The notes beneath the pieces were generated by a model, which saw nothing but the letters and a program-made list of their open reading frames with translations, made no database searches and had not been told where the DNA came from. A stretch of DNA of 40,031 nt from Bacteroidales bacterium. GTDB lineage: Bacteria > Bacteroidota > Bacteroidia > Bacteroidales > UBA3824. Shown one piece after another: positions 8,931 to 17,290 of the stretch. Position 1 is the stretch's first letter; every line of letters starts with the position of its first letter. The stretch spans positions 1 through 40,031 of the forward strand of contig JAZUEG010000320.1 in the NCBI GenBank assembly GCA_045640025.1, given 5' to 3'. Both the position numbers and the translations under genes were made by a program.

Positions 8931-8964
8931 CAAAATTACATTAAATAACACTTTTTATCAAGAT

Positions 8965-10164
8965 ATGTATAAAGGATTGATAGCCTTGGCGTTTGGTACA
9001 TTCGGCCTTGGTATTTCGGAATTTGTGATGATGGGCATTCTGCCGTATGTGGCGCACGATTTCAATATCGGAATTGCTCAGGCTGGGCATTTTATTTCGG
9101 CTTACGCATTAGGCGTTTGCGTGGGTGCGCCGTTGGTGGCATTGTTCGCGAGGAAATGGCGCTTGAAGAATATTCTCTATCTCCTGATGGCGATTTACTC
9201 GCTGTCGGCAGGCTTGATTGCGTGCTGTCCCGTCTATGAGGAGGGCGGTTCGCACTGGCAGTATTACCTGATGATGGCTCTCAGATTCTTACAGGGAACA
9301 CCTCACGGAGCGTTTTTCGGTGTGGGTGCCGTTGTGGCCGACCGTCTGAGCAAATCCACGGGCAAGGCGGCCTTCGCGGTTGCCATTGTGTCTTCCGGAA
9401 TGACTGTTGCCAATCTTATCGGAAATCCGCTTCTAACCTTCGTAACTTCCAATTTCTCTTGGCGTTACGTGTTCTGTTTCACGGCGCTCTGGGGCATTAT
9501 CACTTGGATAAGCATTGCAAGGCTGATACCCGATCAGGAGCCCTTGCCCGACCACGGTGTAAAGGGTGAGTTTAGGTTTATGAAACACCTTGCCCCGTGG
9601 TTGCTTTTCGGTTGCACGATGTTCGGAAACAGCGGTGTATTTGCCTGGTATTCATATATTTCGCCTACCTTGACCGAACTTGCTGGCGTTCCCGAGAACT
9701 GGCTTACCTTTATGATGATACTTGCAGGCGCTGGTATGGTGATTGGAAACCTTGTGGGCGGAAAACTCTCCGACCGTTTCAAGCCCGGGCATACTGGACG
9801 TGGGATTGAGATAGTTATATTTATCTCACTGATACTCATTTATTTCTTCACTCATATCAATTGGTGCGCCGTGGTTTTGATGTTCATAACTGCGGGTGCT
9901 TTGTTCGCGGTATCAGCCCCTCAGCAATTGCTCTTTGTGCGTCACAGCGAGGGTGGCGAGTTGATGGGAGGCGCAATGGTTCAGATTGCCTTCAACCTCG
10001 GAAATGCTATCGGCGCTTGGGCTGGCGGACTCCCGATTGTGGAGAGTCAGCCTCAGAGTTACCATTATCCTGCACTCGTGGGCGCGTGTCTGGCGGTGTT
10101 TGGCGTGGTTTGCTATTTTGCGTTTTGCAGGAGGTATGAGAGGGGTGTAAAGTTGAAAGAGTAA
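8965..10164 (+). CDS. MFS transporter, DHA1 family (AraJ-like)
   Basis: 399 aa with about 12 hydrophobic segments. There is long collinear similarity to E. coli AraJ as I recall it: ALGTFGLG..EF..MG, AGH.IS.YALGV.VGAP..ALF, GAFFGVGA, SGMTVANL.G, FSWRY, APW..F...MFGN.GVFAW.SY, FA.SAP.Q.L, GGEL.G.A..QIAFNLG.A.GA..GG. Confidence 0.85.
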   Translation: MYKGLIALAFGTFGLGISEFVMMGILPYVAHDFNIGIAQAGHFISAYALGVCVGAPLVALFARKWRLKNILYLLMAIYSLSAGLIACCPVYEEGGSHWQYYLMMALRFLQGTPHGAFFGVGAVVADRLSKSTGKAAFAVAIVSSGMTVANLIGNPLLTFVTSNFSWRYVFCFTALWGIITWISIARLIPDQEPLPDHGVKGEFRFMKHLAPWLLFGCTMFGNSGVFAWYSYISPTLTELAGVPENWLTFMMILAGAGMVIGNLVGGKLSDRFKPGHTGRGIEIVIFISLILIYFFTHINWCAVVLMFITAGALFAVSAPQQLLFVRHSEGGELMGGAMVQIAFNLGNAIGAWAGGLPIVESQPQSYHYPALVGACLAVFGVVCYFAFCRRYERGVKLKE

Positions 10165-10320
10165 AGTTTAAAGAGGAAAGTTTAAAGATGAGAGATGAGA
10201 GATGAGAGAGGAGAGAGAAAAGTTCATTGACCTATCATAGAGGTCGTTAGACCTCCACGTTCAGTAGCCCCGGCCTCCACCAAATATTTGCAACGGCAGA
10301 GGCCGGGGGTATTTGGGTGG
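10151..10320 (+). repeat. Composite REP-like intergenic element X, copy 1
   Basis: It comprises agttgaaagagtaaagtttaaag, a (gatgaga)x3 heptamer run (10187-10207), hairpin gaggtc-gtta-gacctc (10240-10255), and hairpin ccccggcctc (10268-10277) / gaggccgggg (10299-10308). An inverted copy lies at 20323-20470. The first 14 nt supply the last codons and the stop codon of the MFS gene. Confidence 0.75.
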
Positions 10321-10321
10321 C

Positions 10322-10444
10322 GTGTCCGTAGGCTCGGCGATCTCGTGTGTCCGCAGGCTCGGCACGTGCCGTGCTTCACCAACGGTTAATTATGTGACGC
10401 CTCTTCGAGGCTGGGAGGGACATAAGTTTTGGTAATAAAATCAT
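10322..10444 (+). repeat. Direct repeat Y, copy 1 (upstream of the ATPase gene)
   Basis: The 67-nt core 10347-10413 matches 12060-12126 at 66/67 by hand alignment. It shares a ttttggtaataaaatcat tail (10427-10444 versus 12135-12152). It contains the perfect palindrome ggcacgtgcc (10361-10370) and the internal sub-repeat gtgtccgYaggctcggc x2. Confidence 0.8.
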
Positions 10445-10566
10445 AAAAGTTTTGATGTTTTTATTTAGTTGGTAATTAGGCTTTTAGTGTTGATATTAAC
10501 ATTTATTAACGTGCGGAATGTATGGTTTTTTGACAGATTCCGCACCTATATCGGGATTTTTTTGTT

Positions 10567-10574
10567 TATATTTG
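10567..10574 (+). promoter_or_regulatory. -7 promoter box TATATTTG
   Basis: TAnnTTTG lies 27 nt upstream of the ATG at 10601. Confidence 0.45.
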
Positions 10575-10600
10575 CGGTGTAATTTTTTTTATTTTTGATT

Positions 10601-12022
10601 ATGGGATACGCAAAGGAAGTGATTGGAAGACATTCGGAGCAGGATGTTCTTGATATGTGCCTTGATAGTGGAAAGGCGGAGTTCGTGGCTGTTTATGGTC
10701 GCAGGCGCGTGGGTAAGACTTTCCTTATTAAGCAGTTTTTCAAGAATAAGTTTGATTTCTATACCTCAGGAGTTTATGGCTTGGGTATTGAAGATCAACT
10801 TGAAAATTTCCGTGTTCAGTTGGAGTTGTATTCCGACAAAAAAATTGCTAAGTTTTCTTCCTGGTTTGAGGCTTTCGGCGAATTGCGTAGATATTTGTCG
10901 GGTCTCAGAAAAAAGAAAATTATTGTCTTTATTGACGAACTTCCCTGGCACGACACTCCTAAATCTAATTTTATCCGTGCCTTGGAGTCGTTTTGGAATA
11001 TGTGGGGCGCCGATCAGCCGAGGTTGAAACTGATAGTTTGTGGATCGTCTACCACCTGGATGACAAATACTTTGCTCGGCGACAAGGGAGGACTCCATAA
11101 TCGTGTGACTCGGCGTGTAAGGTTGAGCCCTTTTTCTTTGGGCGAGACTGAGCAATATCTTTATAAACAGGGTTTTGTCTGGAAACGTATGACTATTCTT
11201 CAATGTTATATGATTTTGGGTGGTACGCCTTATTATCTGAGTCTGTTGCAAAACTCGCTTAGTCTGGAACAAAATGTAAACAATCTGTTTTTCTCTGGCG
11301 ACGCGCAATTGAGGGATGAGTATGATTTGCTTTTCCGCTCGCTGTTCAACGACGCGATGTATTACCGCAAGGTTGTGGAGGCCATTGCTGGCAAGGTGAA
11401 GGGACTTACTCGCAAGGAAATTATTGAAATCTCAGGTATCAGCGATAATGGACGACTTAGCGAAGTGCTTGATAATCTGTGTAAATGCGATTTTCTTCGA
11501 GAGTACAGAGCATACGGAAAAAAGGCTAAGGACTCGTTGTATCAACTTACTGATATGTATGTTTTCTATTACTATAAGTTCGTCAAGGATTACAAGGGAA
11601 TGGATTTCGAGGCTTGGAGCAAGGTTCGGGAGTCGGTGAAAAGCAATTGGTATGGCTATGCTTTTCAGCAGACTTGTCTTAATCATATTCCTCAGATACG
11701 CAGGGCTTTACGGTTGGAAAGTATTGCGAGCGATGTTAGTTGCTGGAATTATAAGGGCGACGAGGGTTCTGGACAGATTGACCTGATACTGGATCACGGC
11801 GAAAGTTTTGTAAATGTCTGTGAGATAAAGTATTCCAAGTCTCAGTACGTTATCGACAAGGATTATGAGGAGCACCTGTTGGAACGAGCGTCGTTGTTTC
11901 AGCGGACTACGAATTGCGAAAAGAGCATTCTACATACGTTCATCACCACTAATGGCGTAAAGCCTGGAAGACATTCTGATGTGGTAAACAGCGAGGTGGT
12001 ACTGGATGATTTGTTTGATTAG
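10601..12022 (+). CDS. AAA+ ATPase (ATPase_2/DUF234 type) with C-terminal PD-(D/E)XK-like module
   Basis: Walker A GRRRVGKT, Walker B IVFIDELPW, sensor-like VCGSS. The C-terminus QIDLILDHGESFVNVCEIKYS fits a D...E-x-K nuclease-like motif. I prefer the ATG at 10601 over the TTG at 10595. A paralog lies at 23422-24879. Confidence 0.8.
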   Translation: MGYAKEVIGRHSEQDVLDMCLDSGKAEFVAVYGRRRVGKTFLIKQFFKNKFDFYTSGVYGLGIEDQLENFRVQLELYSDKKIAKFSSWFEAFGELRRYLSGLRKKKIIVFIDELPWHDTPKSNFIRALESFWNMWGADQPRLKLIVCGSSTTWMTNTLLGDKGGLHNRVTRRVRLSPFSLGETEQYLYKQGFVWKRMTILQCYMILGGTPYYLSLLQNSLSLEQNVNNLFFSGDAQLRDEYDLLFRSLFNDAMYYRKVVEAIAGKVKGLTRKEIIEISGISDNGRLSEVLDNLCKCDFLREYRAYGKKAKDSLYQLTDMYVFYYYKFVKDYKGMDFEAWSKVRESVKSNWYGYAFQQTCLNHIPQIRRALRLESIASDVSCWNYKGDEGSGQIDLILDHGESFVNVCEIKYSKSQYVIDKDYEEHLLERASLFQRTTNCEKSILHTFITTNGVKPGRHSDVVNSEVVLDDLFD

Positions 12023-12152
12023 GGGCTGGGAGGGGTGTTCCCGTAGTCTCGGCTCTCACGTGTCCGCAGGCTCAGCACGTGCCGTGCTTCACCAACGGTT
12101 AATTATGTGACGCCTCTTCGAGGCTGTCCTGAAATTTTGGTAATAAAATCAT
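12021..12152 (+). repeat. Direct repeat Y, copy 2 (immediately downstream of the ATPase gene)
   Basis: See copy 1. The motif ggctgggaggg sits at the start here (12024-12034) but inside copy 1 (10409-10419). Confidence 0.8.
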
Positions 12153-12255
12153 TGTTTTGGGTTGCTGATATTTTTGGGGATTTCGTATATTTGTTTTGGT
12201 AATTTAGGACAAATGTTTTATTTTTGTCGCAAACGATATAAAATATATAGAAACT

Positions 12256-13101
12256 ATGAAAGTTATTGCAAATCAGGAATTTGGAGGTGAGCGTCCGCTG
12301 TATGCCTCTCACGATATCAGGTTGGAGAATGTTACTATCCACGTGGGCGAGTCGTCTATCAAGGAGTCGAGCAATGTGGAGGCCGAGAATTGTAGGTTTG
12401 AGGGCAAGTATGTTTTCTGGGAGGTGGACGGTTTCAGCGTCAATAATTGCTATTTTGCCGAGAGTGCGCGCAGTAGTCTCTGGTATTCAAGGAATTGCCG
12501 TATGACCAACTGCAATGTGGACGCTCCTAAACTGTTCCGCCGTATGGACGGTATTTACGTGGAGAACACCAAGTTCAACAATGGCGAGCAGTTTCTCTGG
12601 GATTGCCAAAACATTGAACTCAGAAATGTTGAGATTCAGAACTGCGACTATGTTTTTATGCACTGCGAGAATGTAAAAATCTCCGACTATCATCAGGAGG
12701 GAAACTACGGTTTCCAATATGCCAAGAATGTTGAGATCCACAATTCAGTGCTCAACAGCAAGGACGCTTTCTGGGAGGCTGAGAATATAACTATCTACGA
12801 TTCAGAGATTAACGGTGAATACTTGGGCTGGTATGCCAAGAATATGAAACTTGTACGCTGTCATCTCACTGGTGAGCAGTTGCTTTGCTATGTTGACGGT
12901 CTGATACTCGAAGACTGCACTTTCGGACCCGACGCAAATCTTCTCTTTGAGTATTCCACCGTGAATGCCAACATAAAAGGCGATGTCACTTCAATAAAAA
13001 ATCCAACCTCAGGAACCATAAAAGTGGAAGGCAAGGTTGGCGAGATTATCTGGGACGAAAATCAGAAGGAGCCTAAGGACGCGGTGGTCTTGTGCAAATA
13101 A
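12256..13101 (+). CDS. DUF3737-like protein (predicted beta-helix repeats)
   Basis: 281 aa with repetitive segments of about 22 aa, such as IRLENVTI, VEAENCRFEG, FSVNNCYF, CRMTNCNV, IELRNVEIQNC, VKISDY, VEIHNSVL, ITIYDSEI, MKLVRCHL and LILEDCTF. Size and N-terminus match my recollection of DUF3737. A TATATTTG box lies at 12186-12193. Confidence 0.6.
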   Translation: MKVIANQEFGGERPLYASHDIRLENVTIHVGESSIKESSNVEAENCRFEGKYVFWEVDGFSVNNCYFAESARSSLWYSRNCRMTNCNVDAPKLFRRMDGIYVENTKFNNGEQFLWDCQNIELRNVEIQNCDYVFMHCENVKISDYHQEGNYGFQYAKNVEIHNSVLNSKDAFWEAENITIYDSEINGEYLGWYAKNMKLVRCHLTGEQLLCYVDGLILEDCTFGPDANLLFEYSTVNANIKGDVTSIKNPTSGTIKVEGKVGEIIWDENQKEPKDAVVLCK

Positions 13102-13153
13102 TCCAAAAAATATTTATATTTGTGACGGTTTTTAATCTCAACGAGTATAATTT

Positions 13154-14626
13154 ATGAAAAGGACAATTTTGCCGGCCTTGGCGCTGGCGTTTTTGGCAAG
13201 TTGTGGAGGAGGTAGTCAGCAGACCTCGCAACAGGCAGGAGAGGGGCAGACAGATACTGCGCCGTCAGCAACCACTAACGACATAGTGGACGAGACCACT
13301 ATTATGGATATCTATAATATGATACCCGACAAGAAGGAAGGTTTCAAGGAGTTTGAGAAGGTGAATGCTCAGTGCTACCGTCAAAGGAAATTGTTGTGCG
13401 AGTATGAGGGTACGGAGGATTATTTGACAGAGTCCCTCAACTTCTATAAGTACAACGACGGTGGATGGTTGTTGATTTTCGACGGTTCTGGCTATGAGGA
13501 CGACAATTTCCAAAAGTTGTATGATTACAAGGACGGAAAACTCACACCTTCCAAAATGAAGTTACCTACCAAGAGGGCGAAGGATTTGGTAGAGGATTAT
13601 CTCTATTTCCTTGGTGCTGAGGATCAGTTGGCTGATGATGAGTTGACCGCATTCCCATACGGTCAGGATACTTTGGCTTGCGATTACGATCCCAACGATG
13701 GCATTGAGTTTCCACAAGACTATGCGTACGGTTTTATGTATTTTGTTTGGGACGGCGAGAAGTTTGTGGAGCAGGCTTTGATTCCTTCGTCCTCCGATTA
13801 TGTAGATGAGAAAGGACTCAGAAGTTATTGGACGGTGGAGGGTATCGATATTGGAGGTACTCGTCCCAAGGCCATAAAGGGCTACACTATTAAGGAGGAG
13901 AAAGGCGCGTTTGTCTATTATCTGAACGGTGAGAAGAGGTTCTCGGTGTATGAGGGAGATTCCGGCATTGAGAAGATCTGTGTTTTTACCGAATATCTTG
14001 GTTATTATATAGGACACGACCGTAAAGGATTGGATCAATATAATAAAGGCCTTGAATACAACGGTTGTGTGGCTACCAAAATATGTGACAACTGCAATCT
14101 CATCGAGTATGTTTTCGACAAGCCTGACGGTGTGGTTGTCCAAATCAATATCGTGAAGGGAGACGACTCTGTGGATCCCGAGACGATGATGGATTTCTAT
14201 GTGCAGGTTCTCAATGCTGGCGAATACAGCGATTTTGTGAACGATCCCAAGGAGATGGATGTTCAGGAGGGAGAGAACGGATGTTTCCACGAGAGCCGTA
14301 TGGGCGCAGGCTTTACCGAGAATTTCCATTTTGTCTGCTACAAAAGAGGAAAGGATTTGTTTGGCGCGATAGATTGTGACAATAATAAGGTTGATATTTG
14401 GAAGTTTGAGAACGGCAAGGCCATTGAGTTGAAGGATGTTATGCCTGATGGATCAGATCTGTGTTACGTATTTAAAGTGAATGCTGATGTGCTTGATAAG
14501 TCGGAGATTTCTTATCATTTGACCTGTGGTGGACAGTTGGTAGTAGGTTTAGTTATGGCCGACGGCGAAGGCCCTGAGGCAATGTTTGTTTTCGACGGTA
14601 GAAGATGGTCGCGTGAGGAAGAATAG
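13154..14626 (+). CDS. Lipoprotein, function unknown
   Basis: Signal peptide with lipobox MKRTILPALALAFLASC. 490 aa. A TATATTTG box lies at 13115-13122 and a terminator lies downstream. Confidence 0.75.
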   Translation: MKRTILPALALAFLASCGGGSQQTSQQAGEGQTDTAPSATTNDIVDETTIMDIYNMIPDKKEGFKEFEKVNAQCYRQRKLLCEYEGTEDYLTESLNFYKYNDGGWLLIFDGSGYEDDNFQKLYDYKDGKLTPSKMKLPTKRAKDLVEDYLYFLGAEDQLADDELTAFPYGQDTLACDYDPNDGIEFPQDYAYGFMYFVWDGEKFVEQALIPSSSDYVDEKGLRSYWTVEGIDIGGTRPKAIKGYTIKEEKGAFVYYLNGEKRFSVYEGDSGIEKICVFTEYLGYYIGHDRKGLDQYNKGLEYNGCVATKICDNCNLIEYVFDKPDGVVVQINIVKGDDSVDPETMMDFYVQVLNAGEYSDFVNDPKEMDVQEGENGCFHESRMGAGFTENFHFVCYKRGKDLFGAIDCDNNKVDIWKFENGKAIELKDVMPDGSDLCYVFKVNADVLDKSEISYHLTCGGQLVVGLVMADGEGPEAMFVFDGRRWSREEE

Positions 14627-14656
14627 GCTTCTCTTTTCTCTGATATATATGAAAAA

Positions 14657-14698
14657 CTGTCAGTCGCTTGATGGGAAGTGGCTGACAGTTTTTTTTTT
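14657..14698 (+). terminator. Intrinsic terminator
   Basis: Stem ctgtcag (14657-14663) / ctgacag (14682-14688), with extra flanking pairs, followed by a T10 run (14689-14698). Confidence 0.7.
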
Positions 14699-14732
14699 GT
14701 TGGTATCAGTATGGTGTTCTGTGTTGATGTCG

Positions 14733-15071
14733 TTAGTTTATCGAAAATTCAATAGGGATGTTACAATAGTCATAAACAATTTCATAGATTGCAACTTCTC
14801 TAGCGTCAATATCGTCATCAATTTTAATCATTTTGTCCATAAGTTTTGCGAAGTAAGTCTTTTGTGTGGCGTCGAATTCTTTTATTGCCATTAGTGCTAG
14901 TATTGCGGATTTGCAATTTATATCATTAACGTCTTGTTCGCTTAATTCCAATTCTTTGATTAAAGAGTTGAAGAGTTCCGTTTCTCTATAATCAATTATT
15001 TCGTCTGCGTATACAATGTCGAGAAGTATACGCATTATTGCAATTTTTTGGGAGTGTTTTAATGGCTTCAT
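14733..15071 (-). CDS. Hypothetical protein, possibly TerB-like fold
   Basis: 112 aa. It has two helical repeats with a TerB-like pattern: IAIMRILLDIVYADEIIDYRETELFNSLIKEL and YFAKLMDKMIKIDDDIDAREVAIYEIV. Low GC. The fold assignment is by eye only. Confidence 0.5.
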   Translation of the reverse strand: MKPLKHSQKIAIMRILLDIVYADEIIDYRETELFNSLIKELELSEQDVNDINCKSAILALMAIKEFDATQKTYFAKLMDKMIKIDDDIDAREVAIYEIVYDYCNIPIEFSIN

Positions 15072-15137
15072 ATATTTATATTTTTTGCAAAAATAATTAT
15101 TTTTTTGATTGTATTATTGTTTGATTAAAAAAATGTA

Positions 15138-15145
15138 TATATTTG
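15138..15145 (+). promoter_or_regulatory. -7 promoter box TATATTTG for the DUF488 operon
   Basis: TAnnTTTG lies 15 nt upstream of the ATG at 15161. It overlaps the TTG start of the ORF track, which argues for the ATG as the true start. Confidence 0.5.
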
Positions 15146-15160
15146 AAAAATTTTCTGGCT

Positions 15161-15721
15161 ATGGTAAAGTCTTGTATATATACAATTGGTCACGGCAACA
15201 AATCTATTGAAGAATTGGTCACTATTCTTAGGTCTTATGGAATTAAGTATTTGATTGACGTAAGATCTAAGCCATATTCCAAATATTATCCACAATTCAA
15301 TAGGGAAGATCTTGCTGTGTCTATAAATAACACTGGTGATATTGTTTATGGATATATGGGTGACCAAATTGGTGGTTTGCCTCCTGACGATAGATACAAA
15401 ACCAATGGGAAAATGGATTATAACAAGATGAAAACTAATCCTAATTATCAGATTGGGTTGTCCCGTATTATTAAGGCCAATAATTTAGGTTTTCCTACTT
15501 GTTTGATGTGTAGTGAGAGTAATCCTGCAGAATGTCATAGGTCTAAACTTTTAGGAGAGTCTTTACGAGAAAACGGGATCATAATTAATCACATTGTTAA
15601 AAACAAATTGGGTAAATATGTTTTGAAATCCCAAAAAGATGTGATAAATGAGGTTGCAAACGAAGGTGTTGAGGATCTGTTTGGAGAATCATTGTGTTTA
15701 ATGTCTAGAAATACTTATTGA
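15161..15721 (+). CDS. DUF488 family protein (paralog A)
   Basis: The N-terminal IYTIGHGNKSIEELVTILRSYGIKYLIDVRSKPYS and C-terminal LMCSESNPAECHRSKL match the conserved DUF488 signature (IYTIGHS...L.DVR..P.S and LLC.E..P..CHR). Confidence 0.75.
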   Translation: MVKSCIYTIGHGNKSIEELVTILRSYGIKYLIDVRSKPYSKYYPQFNREDLAVSINNTGDIVYGYMGDQIGGLPPDDRYKTNGKMDYNKMKTNPNYQIGLSRIIKANNLGFPTCLMCSESNPAECHRSKLLGESLRENGIIINHIVKNKLGKYVLKSQKDVINEVANEGVEDLFGESLCLMSRNTY

Positions 15722-15722
15722 A

Positions 15723-16202
15723 ATGAAGATATATACAGTTGGTGTTTACGGAAAAACAGAAGAGGAATTTTTCTCTTTGTTGACAGATAATAGTATAGAT
15801 ACTTTTCTGGATATACGTCAAAGGAGGGGCGTTCGTGGTTCTCTTTATCGTTTTGTGAATAGTAATTATTTGCAAATGAAACTTAAACAGATGGGTGTTA
15901 ATTATTTGTATAAAAAGGAATTAGCGCCTACTACTGAGATAAGAGAGAAACAATGGGCTGAAGATAGGGATAAGAATGAGACAAAAAAACTTAGAACTAC
16001 TTTGAGTTCTTTATTTTCGAATTGCTATTGTAGTCAAATTCTTGATAGTTTTGATTTTGAGGCTTTAATTAGGGATTTGGAAATAATTCAATCAGAGAAT
16101 GTTGTGTTGTTCTGTGTTGAATCTGTTGCTACCGCTTGTCATAGGTCTTTGTTGGCAAAACGATTGAAAAGTAGTTATGGATTTGAAGTAATAAATTTGT
16201 AA
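15723..16202 (+). CDS. DUF488 family protein (divergent paralog B)
   Basis: Motifs IYTVGVYGKTEEEFFSLLTDNSIDTFLDIRQRR and LFCVESVATACHRSLLA. It starts 1 nt after the stop codon of paralog A. Confidence 0.7.
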   Translation: MKIYTVGVYGKTEEEFFSLLTDNSIDTFLDIRQRRGVRGSLYRFVNSNYLQMKLKQMGVNYLYKKELAPTTEIREKQWAEDRDKNETKKLRTTLSSLFSNCYCSQILDSFDFEALIRDLEIIQSENVVLFCVESVATACHRSLLAKRLKSSYGFEVINL

Positions 16203-16213
16203 ATTCGTATTGT

Positions 16214-16819
16214 ATGTCTCGTATAGTTGTTGTTGCTAGGACAAAGATGAAGAGCGGTGTTTGTTGTGGCGCTCTTGATTTGGATACCTTAGAGTTCCTG
16301 AGGATACATAATGAGCGTGGTGCCCATTTGACAGATGATGCTCCATATCAAGTAGGACAAGTTTACGAGGCTGTGTATCAAACAGCCTGGAATGCAAGGC
16401 CTTTGCCCCATTCCGAAGATAAACAATTTATTTCTAGTGTTTATCAGCATACTATGTCGGAATTCGAATTGATAAATTTTGTAAATGATAATGTTTTGGT
16501 TTATGAAGGAGATTTGTCAAATGTTTTTGAAGGATGTTTGAAATTGTCTTCTTTTTCTCCTTATATCGATAAAGATGCAGTTCCTTCCCATAGTGTTTGT
16601 TTTTGGCGTAGTAATGTTCCTTTGAAAAAAGTAATTTCTTTTGGAAAGGTCAAATATAATTCCGAACGACATTTTTTAAGTTATGTTGGTTTTCAAGATC
16701 CTGTTGACGAAATACCGGAAGGAACTTTGATTAGGCTTTCATTGGCTAATTGGTGGTCAAAGGACGACCGTTTTGAGAAAAAGTGTTATTTGCAGTTGTC
16801 TGGTTGGTATGGTTTGTAG
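16214..16819 (+). CDS. Hypothetical 201-aa protein, third gene of the DUF488 operon
   Basis: It starts 11 nt after the DUF488-B stop and shares its strand and low GC. The N-terminus is IVVVARTKMKSGVCCGALD and the C-terminus is KKCYLQLSGWYGL. I cannot place the family with confidence; it vaguely recalls proteins annotated as dual-OB domain. Confidence 0.6.
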   Translation: MSRIVVVARTKMKSGVCCGALDLDTLEFLRIHNERGAHLTDDAPYQVGQVYEAVYQTAWNARPLPHSEDKQFISSVYQHTMSEFELINFVNDNVLVYEGDLSNVFEGCLKLSSFSPYIDKDAVPSHSVCFWRSNVPLKKVISFGKVKYNSERHFLSYVGFQDPVDEIPEGTLIRLSLANWWSKDDRFEKKCYLQLSGWYGL

Positions 16820-16820
16820 T

Positions 16821-17135
16821 TTATGTTGTTCTGTAGTGAAACTCTTCGTTTTCAAGTTGTTCTGAAGTAGGGTTTTCCTGTTCCCATACTTGTTGTGCAA
16901 GGATATCTACCTTTTTTGTGTAATTTTCTTTGTTTGTTCTCATTTTTGTGCTACCCCATTCCTCAATAGTCTTTTCGTTGATTTCACCATTGTCCCACAT
17001 TGCGTCGATGGCTTTCTGGGCCTTCTCTGCAAAATAATGGGCTATCAGATTGCGAAATTCCTCGTAGTCAGCGTCTGTTTTTATGTTGCGCACAACGTTA
17101 AGTATGTCAAGTTGCGCCATTTCAGAGTAACTCAT
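16821..17135 (-). CDS. Hypothetical 104-aa helical acidic protein
   Basis: Clean ORF convergent with the DUF488 operon. No motif recognised. Confidence 0.5.
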   Translation of the reverse strand: MSYSEMAQLDILNVVRNIKTDADYEEFRNLIAHYFAEKAQKAIDAMWDNGEINEKTIEEWGSTKMRTNKENYTKKVDILAQQVWEQENPTSEQLENEEFHYRTT

Positions 17136-17290
17136 ATTTGTTGTGTTTTATAGTTTTCTGCAAATTTATAGAAAAGAATTTGTTTTCGCAATTTATCCTA
17201 AAACATTTTTTGTCCATTTTTTATACACTTCTTTCTGCCAAAATCCCATATCTTTGTGCCGTTGATTTCAAACTAAAAACTATTAATAAA

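Noticed and set aside
10230-10420. GC-rich structured repeats as a possible tRNA, tmRNA fragment or att site
   Set aside because: I could trace no cloverleaf, no T-loop consensus (GTTCGAATC-like) and no acceptor-stem pairing. The same sequences recur as dispersed repeats, so they are treated as REP-like elements.
17138-17290. N-terminal 51-codon extension of the zinc-ribbon ORF, and similar non-ATG starts at 7495, 10595, 15143, 19079 and 37506
   Set aside because: The extensions run through AT-rich promoter-like sequence, in several cases through the TAnnTTTG box itself. They begin with alternative start codons, while a conserved-looking N-terminus begins at the next ATG.
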